Assembly: GCA_040389365.1 (NCBI GenBank)
Contig: JAZKAB010000003.1
Span: 7,357 to 71,356 of the forward strand
DNA from: Patescibacteria group bacterium
Lineage (GTDB): Bacteria > Patescibacteriota > Minisyncoccia > Phycocordibacterales > UBA9973
Direction: 5' to 3'
Length of the DNA stretch: 64,000 nucleotides
The notes beneath the pieces are model-generated. The model did no database searches. It saw nothing but the letters and a program-made list of their open reading frames with translations, and was not told the DNA's origin. Position numbers and translations under genes: made by a program. Of the stretch, positions 56,459-64,000 are shown piece by piece. How positions within the stretch are numbered: the stretch's first letter is position 1; every line of letters begins with the position of its first letter.

Positions 56459-56887
56459 ATGAAGCAATCAAAAGAAACATTCGACATACAAGAATTTCAA
56501 GATTTGTTATATCTTTTCAAGAAGACCTTTAGCGCCCTGTATAAGAAGGAGACCAGCGGCCTGCACTGCTCGGCTTCGCATATGGAAATCATGCATTATA
56601 TTGCCGAGCACGACTCAGCCAGCATGAAAGACTTGGCCGGATATCTTCGCATTACGCCGCCCTCAGTCACCACGCTCATTGATGCAATGGTTGAAAACGG
56701 CCTCGTGCGACGTGAAGCAGCTGCAGCAGACCGGCGCACCGTTCGCGTGTCGCTGACGCCGAAGGCAACCAGCACATACAAGCAGCTGCAAAAAAAGAAA
56801 ACCATCTTGCTCGCTAAACTGCTAAAGAAAATAAGCACCGAACAGAAAGAACAGTTATCAGCAATTATCAAAGCACTCGTACAATAA
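56459..56887 (+). CDS. MarR-family transcriptional regulator
   Basis: wHTH with LRITPPSVTTLIDAMVENGLVRR. Confidence 0.8.
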   Translation: MKQSKETFDIQEFQDLLYLFKKTFSALYKKETSGLHCSASHMEIMHYIAEHDSASMKDLAGYLRITPPSVTTLIDAMVENGLVRREAAAADRRTVRVSLTPKATSTYKQLQKKKTILLAKLLKKISTEQKEQLSAIIKALVQ

Positions 56888-56888
56888 T

Positions 56889-57863
56889 ATGAAACATTTT
56901 TTTACAACCCCAAAGACCGCCATTCCATTCGTTGCAGCAATTGCAATCATTATTGGCATTATCGGATTTCAAACGCTCGGCAAAGCCCCTGCAGTATCAT
57001 TGCCTGACAACACTCAGACGCTTAACGGCACCGTCGTTACAAACTCTTCCGATGACGTATACGACCTCGCTTTTCCCAATGCAGGACGCGTCGCGTCAGT
57101 ATCCGTGAAGGTTGGCGACCATGTTGCCAAGGGCGAAACGCTCGCTACGCTCGATGCAGGAGCTGCGCTTGGCGCAGTAACGCAGGCAAAAGGAGCGCTT
57201 GAGCTTGCCCAGGCGCAATATGCCTCTCAAGACGTGCAGTATGCCAATGCTAAGAAGCAGCAGGATGTACTGGTACAGAATGCATACCGCACGATGCTTT
57301 CAAGCGGACTGACTGCAACGCCGTCAGTTCAGGATGACAATCATCTTCCAGCAATTTCAGGAACGTATGCGTGCGGCAACGAAGGCAGCTACGAAGTATC
57401 GACCTATCCCTCTGGCGCAACTTCTGGCTTTTCATTTACCTATACAGGCCTTGAAAAAGGCGGCGGTCAGGTAACGTTCAGCACCCCTCAGCCGCTCGGC
57501 AGCTGCGGCCTCTTCATTCAGTTCGCGCAAGGCTTTGCTGGCGCGACCAAATGGACTGTCGCGATTCCAAACACCAAGTCGGCAAGCTACGTAACTAACA
57601 AGAATGCCTATGACCTTGCTGTATCAACCCGAGATCAGGTACTCAACCAGTATGCGGCTAACCTGGGAGAAAATTCAAACGCAAACACCGCCAAGGCGGC
57701 AGTTGCGAGCGCCCAGGGCGTATACCAGGCAGCGCTTGGAGCGTACAAGAACAATGTTATTGCTGCTCCAATCGGAGGCACGGTAACATTCATTGACGCA
57801 GACCTTAAGACCGGACAGTCAGTATTGGCAAACAAGGCAATTATTAGCATCTCAACAAAATAA
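56889..57863 (+). CDS. HlyD/EmrA-family periplasmic adaptor (membrane fusion protein), 324 aa
   Basis: N-terminal TM, biotinyl-lipoyl-like hairpin (GRVASVSVKVGDHVAKGETLATLD), coiled coil. Confidence 0.65.
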   Translation: MKHFFTTPKTAIPFVAAIAIIIGIIGFQTLGKAPAVSLPDNTQTLNGTVVTNSSDDVYDLAFPNAGRVASVSVKVGDHVAKGETLATLDAGAALGAVTQAKGALELAQAQYASQDVQYANAKKQQDVLVQNAYRTMLSSGLTATPSVQDDNHLPAISGTYACGNEGSYEVSTYPSGATSGFSFTYTGLEKGGGQVTFSTPQPLGSCGLFIQFAQGFAGATKWTVAIPNTKSASYVTNKNAYDLAVSTRDQVLNQYAANLGENSNANTAKAAVASAQGVYQAALGAYKNNVIAAPIGGTVTFIDADLKTGQSVLANKAIISISTK

Positions 57864-57865
57864 AT

Positions 57866-58501
57866 ATGGAAGAATCAACAAAGAAAAGCGTATTTGCCCA
57901 ACCGGGCGTTCAGGCCGTCACGGGAATGCTCGTTATCGCATTGCTGCTCGGCGGCGCATTGTATTGGAAGGCGCAATCAACGCATATAAGCATTGAAAAG
58001 TCAGTTATTACGGCACCGACTATTGCAATCGGCCCTCAGGCCGGAGGCATTCTTGCTGAAGTATACGTGCGCCCAGGCGATACAGTATCAGCAAGCCAGC
58101 AGGTTGCGCGCGTAGGATCTGAAGTATTGTCTGCAGCAGTTGCAGGCACTGTCATCAGCGTGCAGAACACGCCGGGACAGGTGGTGATGCCGGGAGCGGC
58201 AGTAGTAGCAATGATCGTACCGTCTGAGCTTCGAGTTGTCGGCACTATAGCCGAAGACAAGGGGCTGAGAGACATTGCAGTCGGGCAGCCCGTCTCCTTT
58301 ACCGTCGACGCATTCGGCAGCACTGAGTACACTGGTATCGTTGACGAGGTAAGCCCAACGTCTGACGAGTCTGGCGTAGCATTCAGCATTTCAGACAAGC
58401 GCGAGGTCAAGAGCTTCGCCATCAAGGTGCGATTCGACACGGCTGCGCATCCTGAATTCAAGAACGGCATGTCAGCCAAGATGAACGTCTATATAAAATA
58501 A
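57866..58501 (+). CDS. HlyD-family adaptor protein (short), 211 aa
   Basis: N-terminal TM, lipoyl-like motif (GILAEVYVRPGDTVSASQQVARV), C-terminal beta-barrel region. Confidence 0.6.
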   Translation: MEESTKKSVFAQPGVQAVTGMLVIALLLGGALYWKAQSTHISIEKSVITAPTIAIGPQAGGILAEVYVRPGDTVSASQQVARVGSEVLSAAVAGTVISVQNTPGQVVMPGAAVVAMIVPSELRVVGTIAEDKGLRDIAVGQPVSFTVDAFGSTEYTGIVDEVSPTSDESGVAFSISDKREVKSFAIKVRFDTAAHPEFKNGMSAKMNVYIK

Positions 58502-58502
58502 T

Positions 58503-59999
58503 ATGGAAGAAGGGGAGAAGACAGAAAAGAAGAGCAATCTCCGCTGGTGGATTCTGCTGACAGTTATTGTCGGCACGTTTCTTGGCCGTCTTGACCAGAC
58601 CATCGTTAACCTGGCATTGCCCGATATCATTAATGACTTCGGCATTAGCGTAAGCGCAGCCGGCTGGATTGCGACGGCGTACATCCTCGCCAATGCAGTG
58701 TTCGTGCCTATCTGGGGCAAGCTGGGCGACACAATCGGCCGCAAGAAGGTATATATCTTAGGGTTCGGCATCTTCATTGTTGGCTCAGTGCTCGCAGGCT
58801 TTGCCTGGAACCTGCCGTCAATGATTGTTTTTCGAGTCATTCAGGCAATTGCCGGATCAGCAGACTATCCGACAGCCATGGCAATCTTGGCTGTTACGTT
58901 TCGAGAGGGAAAAGAACGCGCGCAAGCGCTCGGCATCTGGTCGAGCTCTTTTGCTGCGGCCAGCGTATTCGGCCCGCTCTTGGGCGGCCCATTGATCGAC
59001 AGCTTTGGCTGGCGCTCAGTCTTTCTTATCAATCTGCCTGTCGGCATTATCGGCCTTCTTATGGCCATGCGCTTTATCAACGAATCACGTTCCGAAAAGA
59101 AGCCGGAGCACTTTGACTGGTGGGGGGCAGTAACATTAGGAGGCATGCTTTCTGCATTGGTGTTGGTATTAGACAAAGGGAGCGAATGGGGCTGGGTATC
59201 GGCAACGAGCATGCTCTGCTATTTCAGCATCGTCGTTCTGACTGCGCTCTTTATCCGCATCGAGCAGCGAGTGCCAGAACCTATCGTCGACCTGCGCTTC
59301 TTCAAGATTCCTGCATTCGTCAATACGCTGATAAACAATTTTGTGGTATTCATGGGCATGATGGGCGGGCTGTTCCTGCTGCCGGTATTTGCGCAGACGT
59401 TCCTCGGGTACAATGCAACGCAGACAGGCTATCTCTTTATGCCTATGGCTGCAGCCCTAATGCTTGCCGCGCCGATTGGCGGCGCCATGATGGGCAAAGT
59501 GCAGACGCGCTACGTTATCTTCGCAAGTACATTGGTTGCAGCGCTCGGACTGTTCCTGTTTTCATTCCTCGATCCGAAGTCTACCGCGCTTGATATCATG
59601 ATTCCGCTGAGCATCATGGCCTTCGGCCTTGGCTTCGGCATGGCGCAGCGCACGAACGTTATCGCGTCAGTTGTCGATCCGCATGAAATCGGCATCGCGT
59701 CATCGATTTTAGCATTGGCGCGAAACGTTGCCGGAGCATTCGGCATCGCAGTGTTCGGCACTATTCTAACGAATCGTATTAGCCACAACATATTGAGCAT
59801 CAACAGCTTCAGTATCTTGCGCAGCCACCTGCCGCTTGATATTCAAAAGTACATTGCGCTGGTTGAGCTCAAGGCGCAGATCAACGCGTACAATTACGTA
59901 TTCGTTATCGCCAGCCTTATCGTTGCAATTGGCGCATTTGCCATCCTGAGCCTGAAGCTCAAGAACGAGCGAAGAGACGTGACGGTGCATGTAGAATAA
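58503..59999 (+). CDS. MFS drug:H+ antiporter (DHA2/EmrB-like, 14 TM)
   Basis: MFS motif A GKLGDTIGRKKV, 14 predicted TM helices, 498 aa. Confidence 0.85.
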   Translation: MEEGEKTEKKSNLRWWILLTVIVGTFLGRLDQTIVNLALPDIINDFGISVSAAGWIATAYILANAVFVPIWGKLGDTIGRKKVYILGFGIFIVGSVLAGFAWNLPSMIVFRVIQAIAGSADYPTAMAILAVTFREGKERAQALGIWSSSFAAASVFGPLLGGPLIDSFGWRSVFLINLPVGIIGLLMAMRFINESRSEKKPEHFDWWGAVTLGGMLSALVLVLDKGSEWGWVSATSMLCYFSIVVLTALFIRIEQRVPEPIVDLRFFKIPAFVNTLINNFVVFMGMMGGLFLLPVFAQTFLGYNATQTGYLFMPMAAALMLAAPIGGAMMGKVQTRYVIFASTLVAALGLFLFSFLDPKSTALDIMIPLSIMAFGLGFGMAQRTNVIASVVDPHEIGIASSILALARNVAGAFGIAVFGTILTNRISHNILSINSFSILRSHLPLDIQKYIALVELKAQINAYNYVFVIASLIVAIGAFAILSLKLKNERRDVTVHVE

Positions 60000-60008
60000 G
60001 GCGGCTGA

Positions 60009-60036
60009 TTGACAAAAAGCTCTTATAGAATAGTAT
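60009..60036 (+). promoter_or_regulatory. promoter TTGACA-16-TAGTAT for the arginine kinase gene
   Basis: Consensus -35 and TAnnnT -10, ~30 nt upstream of the ATG. Confidence 0.4.
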
Positions 60037-60066
60037 TATTTTGAAATCCATATTAAACTGTTCATT

Positions 60067-61080
60067 ATGATTGAAATTGTAGAAGAAACGATGCTTATGA
60101 AAAAGCATTGCACTGAAGAAGTGCAGGAAGAATTAAAAGATGTAGTCACCCCTCATGGGTGGACGCTGGAAAAGGCTATTCAGTCAGGAATTGATAATCC
60201 TGACTCAAGCATTGGCGTGTATGCAGGGGATCCTGAATCGTATGATCAGCTTGCACCGTTATTTGACCCTATTATTAAGGAGTACCACAAGTACGACATG
60301 AGCGGTCACAAAAGTGATTTTTCACTTGAAGGGCTGAGTGTTGAAAACCTGGATCCGGAAGGCAAGTATGTAGTATCTACGCGCATTCGCGTAGGAAGAA
60401 ACTTTGCAAAGTTTGCTTTTCCTTCAGCTATTTCTACAGAAGACCGAGAGGCTTTGGAGAAAGAGATTGTTGCTGTTCTTGAACAGCTTCCAGGCGAGTT
60501 AAAAGGCCGTTACATTCCATTGGAAGGCATGTCTCCATCTGACACCGACCAAATGATCACGGATCATTTCTTGTTTAAGCAGGGAGATCGCTTCTTGGAA
60601 AGTGCGGGCGTTAATCGCGATTGGCCAAAAAATCGCGGTATCTTCTTTTCAGAAAACAAGAAATTTCTTGTATGGGTTTCTGAAGAAGATAGCATGCGCA
60701 TCATTAGCATGCAGCAGGGTGCTGACATTGCAGAGGTATTCATGCGATTGAAGACAGCGCTTGATTTTATCAATGAGCACATTCAGTTTGCATTTGATTC
60801 AGTTCGAGGGTATTACACGACATGTCCTACCAATCTCGGAACTGCAATGAGAGCTTCAGTGCACATCAAGATTCCTAAGTTCTCTAACCGAGAGAACTTC
60901 AAGGCAATTTGCGGAACGCTCGGCTTGTCTATTCGCGGGATTCATGGAGAACATTCTGAATCAAGCGATGGCATTTACGACATTTCAAACAAGCGCCGTT
61001 TGGGCATTTCTGAAAGAGAAATTTACGAGCAGCTATACGCTGGCGTAAAGAAGCTTATTGAGATCGAATCTTCGCTGTAA
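60067..61080 (+). CDS. phosphagen (arginine) kinase, animal-type ATP:guanido phosphotransferase, 337 aa
   Basis: CPTNLGT active-site signature. NEEDxxRIISMQ-like SEEDSMRIISMQ, DHFLFKQGDRFL, GEHSESSDGIYDISNKRRLG and an N-terminal guanidino-specificity region (SIGVYAGDPESY..LFDPIIKEYH) align to arthropod arginine kinase. This is a full two-domain AK, not a McsB-type protein arginine kinase. Confidence 0.85.
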   Translation: MIEIVEETMLMKKHCTEEVQEELKDVVTPHGWTLEKAIQSGIDNPDSSIGVYAGDPESYDQLAPLFDPIIKEYHKYDMSGHKSDFSLEGLSVENLDPEGKYVVSTRIRVGRNFAKFAFPSAISTEDREALEKEIVAVLEQLPGELKGRYIPLEGMSPSDTDQMITDHFLFKQGDRFLESAGVNRDWPKNRGIFFSENKKFLVWVSEEDSMRIISMQQGADIAEVFMRLKTALDFINEHIQFAFDSVRGYYTTCPTNLGTAMRASVHIKIPKFSNRENFKAICGTLGLSIRGIHGEHSESSDGIYDISNKRRLGISEREIYEQLYAGVKKLIEIESSL

Positions 61081-61091
61081 TTAAAAAAATA

Positions 61092-61120
61092 AAACCCGTC
61101 CTTAAAAGGCGGGTTTTTTA
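61092..61120. terminator. bidirectional terminator AAAACCCGTCCTTAAAAGGCGGGTTTTTT
   Basis: Hairpin with A-run and T-run between convergent genes. Confidence 0.6.
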
Positions 61121-61121
61121 T

Positions 61122-61637
61122 TTACACTAGCATGGGAACTATTCGATAGAGCTCTTCATAAAATGATAATTTTTCAAAATTAAGTATCTTGATGAACTCT
61201 TCCCACATGTGCTCAATGGCAAACTGAATATTCTTTTGCCGATAGCTATTCTTCCGGTCATGCTTAGTGCACTCAGCGGCTACGTCGGAACAGAACTTAA
61301 GGATATCAATGTAGCCTTCTTTCGGATTCCAAATTTTTGCATGCATAGAAATATCTACGGTAAACAGTTCGCCGAGCTTCAGAATATTAACCATAATATG
61401 GCCTGAGGCTACTATAAGCGGGTACTGCACATCGGGCAGTATGTCGTACAGGACTTTTTCTGATTCTGTAAGAAACTCATACATTTTTTGATATACCTGC
61501 AATAAACAATGCTTTGCGATAAAAATAGTTTTTTCCTCATCGCTGAGCTTCCCTAGCTGAGGGTAATGCTCTTCCGTAAACAAGTAATGAGTTGCAATAT
61601 AGTCCTTTGCTTCTTCAAGAGTGTTGATATGCTCCAT
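61122..61637 (-). CDS. hypothetical protein, 171 aa (AT-rich)
   Basis: Intact ORF with low GC. No motif. Confidence 0.4.
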   Translation of the reverse strand: MEHINTLEEAKDYIATHYLFTEEHYPQLGKLSDEEKTIFIAKHCLLQVYQKMYEFLTESEKVLYDILPDVQYPLIVASGHIMVNILKLGELFTVDISMHAKIWNPKEGYIDILKFCSDVAAECTKHDRKNSYRQKNIQFAIEHMWEEFIKILNFEKLSFYEELYRIVPMLV

Positions 61638-61725
61638 ATTTATATTGTAATGATTTTCTTTAATCTATAGTATTTTAAAAGACTGTCAATAGTTTTCTAG
61701 TGATTATGTACGCTATACTCACCCT

Positions 61726-62205
61726 ATGAAAGCAACAATCCAAACAACAAAAGGCCCTATTTTACTTGAATTATTCGACACCTTGGCACCTAACACTGCC
61801 GCTAACTTTGCCAAGCTTGCAAAAGAAGGCTTTTATGACGGGGTGAAATTCCACCGCGTTATCGAAGGCTTTATGATCCAGTGCGGCGATCCATTGACCA
61901 AAGACGATACTCAGAGCGGCATGTGGGGAACAGGAGGCCCTGGATACAAGTTTGAAGACGAGATTCATGCCGAAAACCATAACCTTGCAGGCACTATCGC
62001 AATGGCTAACTCGGGCCCAAACACGAACGGCAGCCAGTTTTTCATTAACACCAATGACAACCTGTTTCTTGATCCAAAGCATACCGTATTTGGGAAAGTA
62101 ATCGATGGAATGGAAACAGTTACTGAAATCGAGCGCACCCAGACGACGCCTTCAGACCGGCCAGTTGAGCCAATCTCAATAGCGGGCATTGCAATAGAGG
62201 AATAA
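61726..62205 (+). CDS. ppiB: cyclophilin-type peptidyl-prolyl cis-trans isomerase
   Basis: FHRVIEGFMIQCGDP and the NSGPNTNGSQFFI signature. TATACT 6 nt upstream of the ATG. Confidence 0.9.
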   Translation: MKATIQTTKGPILLELFDTLAPNTAANFAKLAKEGFYDGVKFHRVIEGFMIQCGDPLTKDDTQSGMWGTGGPGYKFEDEIHAENHNLAGTIAMANSGPNTNGSQFFINTNDNLFLDPKHTVFGKVIDGMETVTEIERTQTTPSDRPVEPISIAGIAIEE

Positions 62206-62206
62206 T

Positions 62207-62235
62207 AAAAGGGCATACTTAAAAGTATGCCCTTT
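62207..62235. terminator. bidirectional terminator AAAAGGGCATACTTAAAAGTATGCCCTTT
   Basis: Perfect hairpin between convergent ppiB and the ECF sigma gene. Confidence 0.65.
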
Positions 62236-62791
62236 GTACGTACGGGGTCATTTTAATAATGCCCAAGCGAATTCTGGTTTTAACAGTATTGACATTAACG
62301 CCCATCGCCTCAGCAATCTCCTTGTCCCTCATGCCTTTATAGACGCGCAGGCTTAAAGAATCGCGAAAGACCGGATCGAGCTTGCGAATGCAGGCTGCCA
62401 CATGCTCCTCGCGCTGCTTTTCCTGAAGCTGGAGCTCTGGATCAGTATCGCTCCATAATGCAGGATGCATCCAGGAGTCTTTCTCGAGATCCTCAACATT
62501 TAACCCTTGCTCGTGCATTTCTCTCCGCATGTTAATCGCGCGACGGTAATTGGTTCTCAAGATCCATCCGATAAATTTCCCCGACTCTTCATACGAGCCA
62601 TTTTTAAGGGCTAAAAAGATAGCCACTAGGGTGTCTTGCGCAACGTCTTCTGCAAGCCTGCGGCATTTTACTACATTGAAGGCGCTAGCCTTTAGGATGC
62701 TGCAATACCGTTCTGAAATAACATTGAATGCGTTGTTGTCGCCAGAGCAAAACGCTCGGACAAGCTGGTCGTCGGTTAGGTTGCTTTTCAT
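62219..62791 (-). CDS. ECF-type sigma-70 family factor
   Basis: Region 2 (FIGWILRTNYRRAIN) and region 4 (EIAEAMGVNVNTVKTRIRLG). Confidence 0.8.
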   Translation of the reverse strand: MKSNLTDDQLVRAFCSGDNNAFNVISERYCSILKASAFNVVKCRRLAEDVAQDTLVAIFLALKNGSYEESGKFIGWILRTNYRRAINMRREMHEQGLNVEDLEKDSWMHPALWSDTDPELQLQEKQREEHVAACIRKLDPVFRDSLSLRVYKGMRDKEIAEAMGVNVNTVKTRIRLGIIKMTPYVQRAYF

Positions 62792-62856
62792 ATGTTAATA
62801 GTTTTTCTTAAGCCTACTCCGCTGGAAAAGTAAGTCAAGAGGTATATACTTAGGGA

Positions 62857-63111
62857 ATGAAAAAGCTTTGGTTCAAGCGCAAGACATACGGCTGGGGATG
62901 GACGCCCGCAACAGCAGAAGGCTGGCTTGTCTTGGCTATCTATATGGTAAGCCTACTACTGATACTGTATGTATTTAGAGCATATGGTCTTTCTTCTGTA
63001 CTTACAACCATCTTATTCTTAACCCTTTCGGCTGGATTGATAGCTGTAACAGCTGTCACAGGAGAAAAGCCCCGCTGGCAATGGGGAAATAAAGGAAGGG
63101 AAGATTTTTAA
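62857..63111 (+). CDS. small 2-TM membrane protein, 84 aa
   Basis: Two hydrophobic helices. TATACT 6 nt upstream of the ATG. Confidence 0.4.
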   Translation: MKKLWFKRKTYGWGWTPATAEGWLVLAIYMVSLLLILYVFRAYGLSSVLTTILFLTLSAGLIAVTAVTGEKPRWQWGNKGREDF

Positions 63112-63134
63112 GGCACGAAGCGTATAATAGAAAG

Positions 63135-63713
63135 ATGCTCGAATCACCCATCATGCATCTTTCTGATGAAATGCTTGTCATTGAGGCCAAGAAAGATCAG
63201 CAGCACTTCGCGGTGCTGGTTGATCGCTATGTGCCCAAGCTGACGCACTATATACGCCGCCGCAGTGCTGCGACGCCGCATGATATTGATGATTTGCTGC
63301 AGAATATTTTTATAAAGGTGTGGCGCAATATCAATGAGTATGACACCTCGTTGCTATTTTCTTCGTGGATATACCGCATTGCGCATAATGAAATGATTGA
63401 CTGGTACCGGCGAGAGAAGCGGCGCTCAACATTGTCGCTTGACGACGAGGCGCAGAACATCGTCTCGAAGCTCTTTGCAGAAGAAGACTTAGTCGCGCAA
63501 TTTAGCAGCCAGGAGCAGAGAGCGCAAATCAAGGAAGCCCTGGGTACGCTCGACGACAAGTACAAGGAAATACTGCTGCTGCGATTCTTTGAAGACAAGT
63601 CGTACGAGGAGATAGGGGACATTCTCCGCATCCCGCCCGGCACGGTGGCAGTACGGATCAATCGCGCAAAGAAGCAATTACAAAAAAGCCTTACAGACTA
63701 TGGAACACACTAA
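63135..63713 (+). CDS. ECF-type sigma-70 family factor
   Basis: Region 2 (LLQNIFIKVWRNINEYD..FSSWIYRIAHNEMIDWYRR) and region 4 (YEEIGDILRIPPGTVAVRINRAKKQL). Confidence 0.85.
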   Translation: MLESPIMHLSDEMLVIEAKKDQQHFAVLVDRYVPKLTHYIRRRSAATPHDIDDLLQNIFIKVWRNINEYDTSLLFSSWIYRIAHNEMIDWYRREKRRSTLSLDDEAQNIVSKLFAEEDLVAQFSSQEQRAQIKEALGTLDDKYKEILLLRFFEDKSYEEIGDILRIPPGTVAVRINRAKKQLQKSLTDYGTH

Positions 63714-64000
63714 TACAACTGAAAAGATTCTTTCTGCAATCGAAGACAAGCAGATTACCCCATTGCCGAAATGGTACTTTACCGCGCGCAACAGCGCGCT
63801 GTGGCTACCAGGCATTGTAACAACATTGTTGGGCGCCTATACCATCGCAGGCGTGCTGTATGGCATCCTGCATGCAGAATGGGACAATGGCATATACATA
63901 GAGCATGGCAACCCCTTGTTTCTTATCGCCGCTATCCCGTTGTTATGGGTTATCTCATTCGGCGTCTTCTGCGTCATGAGCACGACGCTCTTGCGCAAGA
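63700..64000 (+). CDS. putative anti-sigma factor / membrane protein (partial; continues past the window end)
   Basis: ATG overlaps the sigma gene stop (…TATGGAACACACTAA). Short cytoplasmic N-terminus, then TM helices. Confidence 0.45.
   Translation, partial: MEHTNTTEKILSAIEDKQITPLPKWYFTARNSALWLPGIVTTLLGAYTIAGVLYGILHAEWDNGIYIEHGNPLFLIAAIPLLWVISFGVFCVMSTTLLRK

Noticed and set aside
56889-58501. Two HlyD-type adaptors as evidence for a diderm envelope or type I secretion
   Set aside because: EmrA-like adaptors also occur with MFS pumps in monoderms. No TolC-like gene is present in the window, so no envelope inference is made.
1-64000. Alternative genetic code (UGA recoding) as in some candidate-phyla lineages
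   Set aside because: Ribosomal proteins, aaRSs and chaperones are full length with standard stops. No conserved gene appears interrupted by in-frame TGA.
1-64000. CRISPR arrays, prophage or IS elements
   Set aside because: No repeat-spacer periodicity and no integrase, transposase or recombinase-like ORFs. The only tandem repeat is the 13-mer x2 at 23698, which is too short to be CRISPR.
1-64000. tRNA/rRNA genes in intergenic gaps
   Set aside because: All intergenic gaps >60 nt were inspected by eye. They are accounted for by promoters, terminators or the T-box leader, and no cloverleaf-compatible or rRNA-like sequence was recognised. A tRNAscan run would be needed to be certain.

Overview
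This 64-kb window is a gene-dense stretch of a small bacterial chromosome, read with the standard genetic code. GC is roughly 50% by eye, with a few clearly AT-richer islets. I found no rRNA, tRNA, CRISPR array, integrase or transposase.

The left ~50 kb is core housekeeping: priA, mreB, a holB-like clamp-loader gene, frr, rseP, mltG, a DnaQ-like exonuclease, mnmA, mgtC, an M3 oligopeptidase and a C-Ala-less alaS. Then comes a ribosomal/RNAP block (infA-rpmJ-rpsM-rpsK-rpsD-rpoA-rplQ-rplM-rpsI), a heat-shock cluster (grpE, a reverse-strand PaaX-like regulator, dnaK, dnaJ), lysS, cysS, a truncated corA-like gene, rplU, recR, dnaB and trpS. After an ABC exporter and an AT-rich GNAT islet there is a T-box leader driving a class IIb Asp/Asn-tRNA ligase, then scpA-scpB-mraY-ftsW-murG and two ABC half-transporter exporters.

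The right ~12 kb is accessory and regulatory. It holds a four-gene minus-strand operon: an OmpR-type response regulator, a 68-aa sORF, a sensor kinase and a 617-aa two-domain terpene-synthase-like protein. That protein carries a class II cyclase DxDDTA motif N-terminally and squalene/phytoene-synthase-like Asp-rich motifs C-terminally. Divergent from it is a MarR-HlyD-HlyD-MFS efflux operon, followed by a low-GC islet carrying a bona fide animal-type arginine kinase (CPTNLGT signature), a cyclophilin, and two ECF sigma factors with an anti-sigma-like neighbour.

Throughout, many genes have a TANNNT -10 hexamer 5-10 nt upstream of the ATG and no Shine-Dalgarno, which suggests widespread leaderless mRNAs. 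Operons end in a recurring family of GC-clamped (GCCC/GGGC) hairpin terminators.

Other oddities include a sigma-70 region-4 + HARE-HTH fusion protein, a 25-codon lysine-rich sORF isolated between two terminators, a possible divergent bL33 zinc-ribbon gene after rpsI, and tandem degraded GNAT paralogs with a poly-T frameshift. Coordinates for ncRNA, promoters and terminators are approximate (about ±2 nt); CDS coordinates follow the ORF track and include the stop codon.
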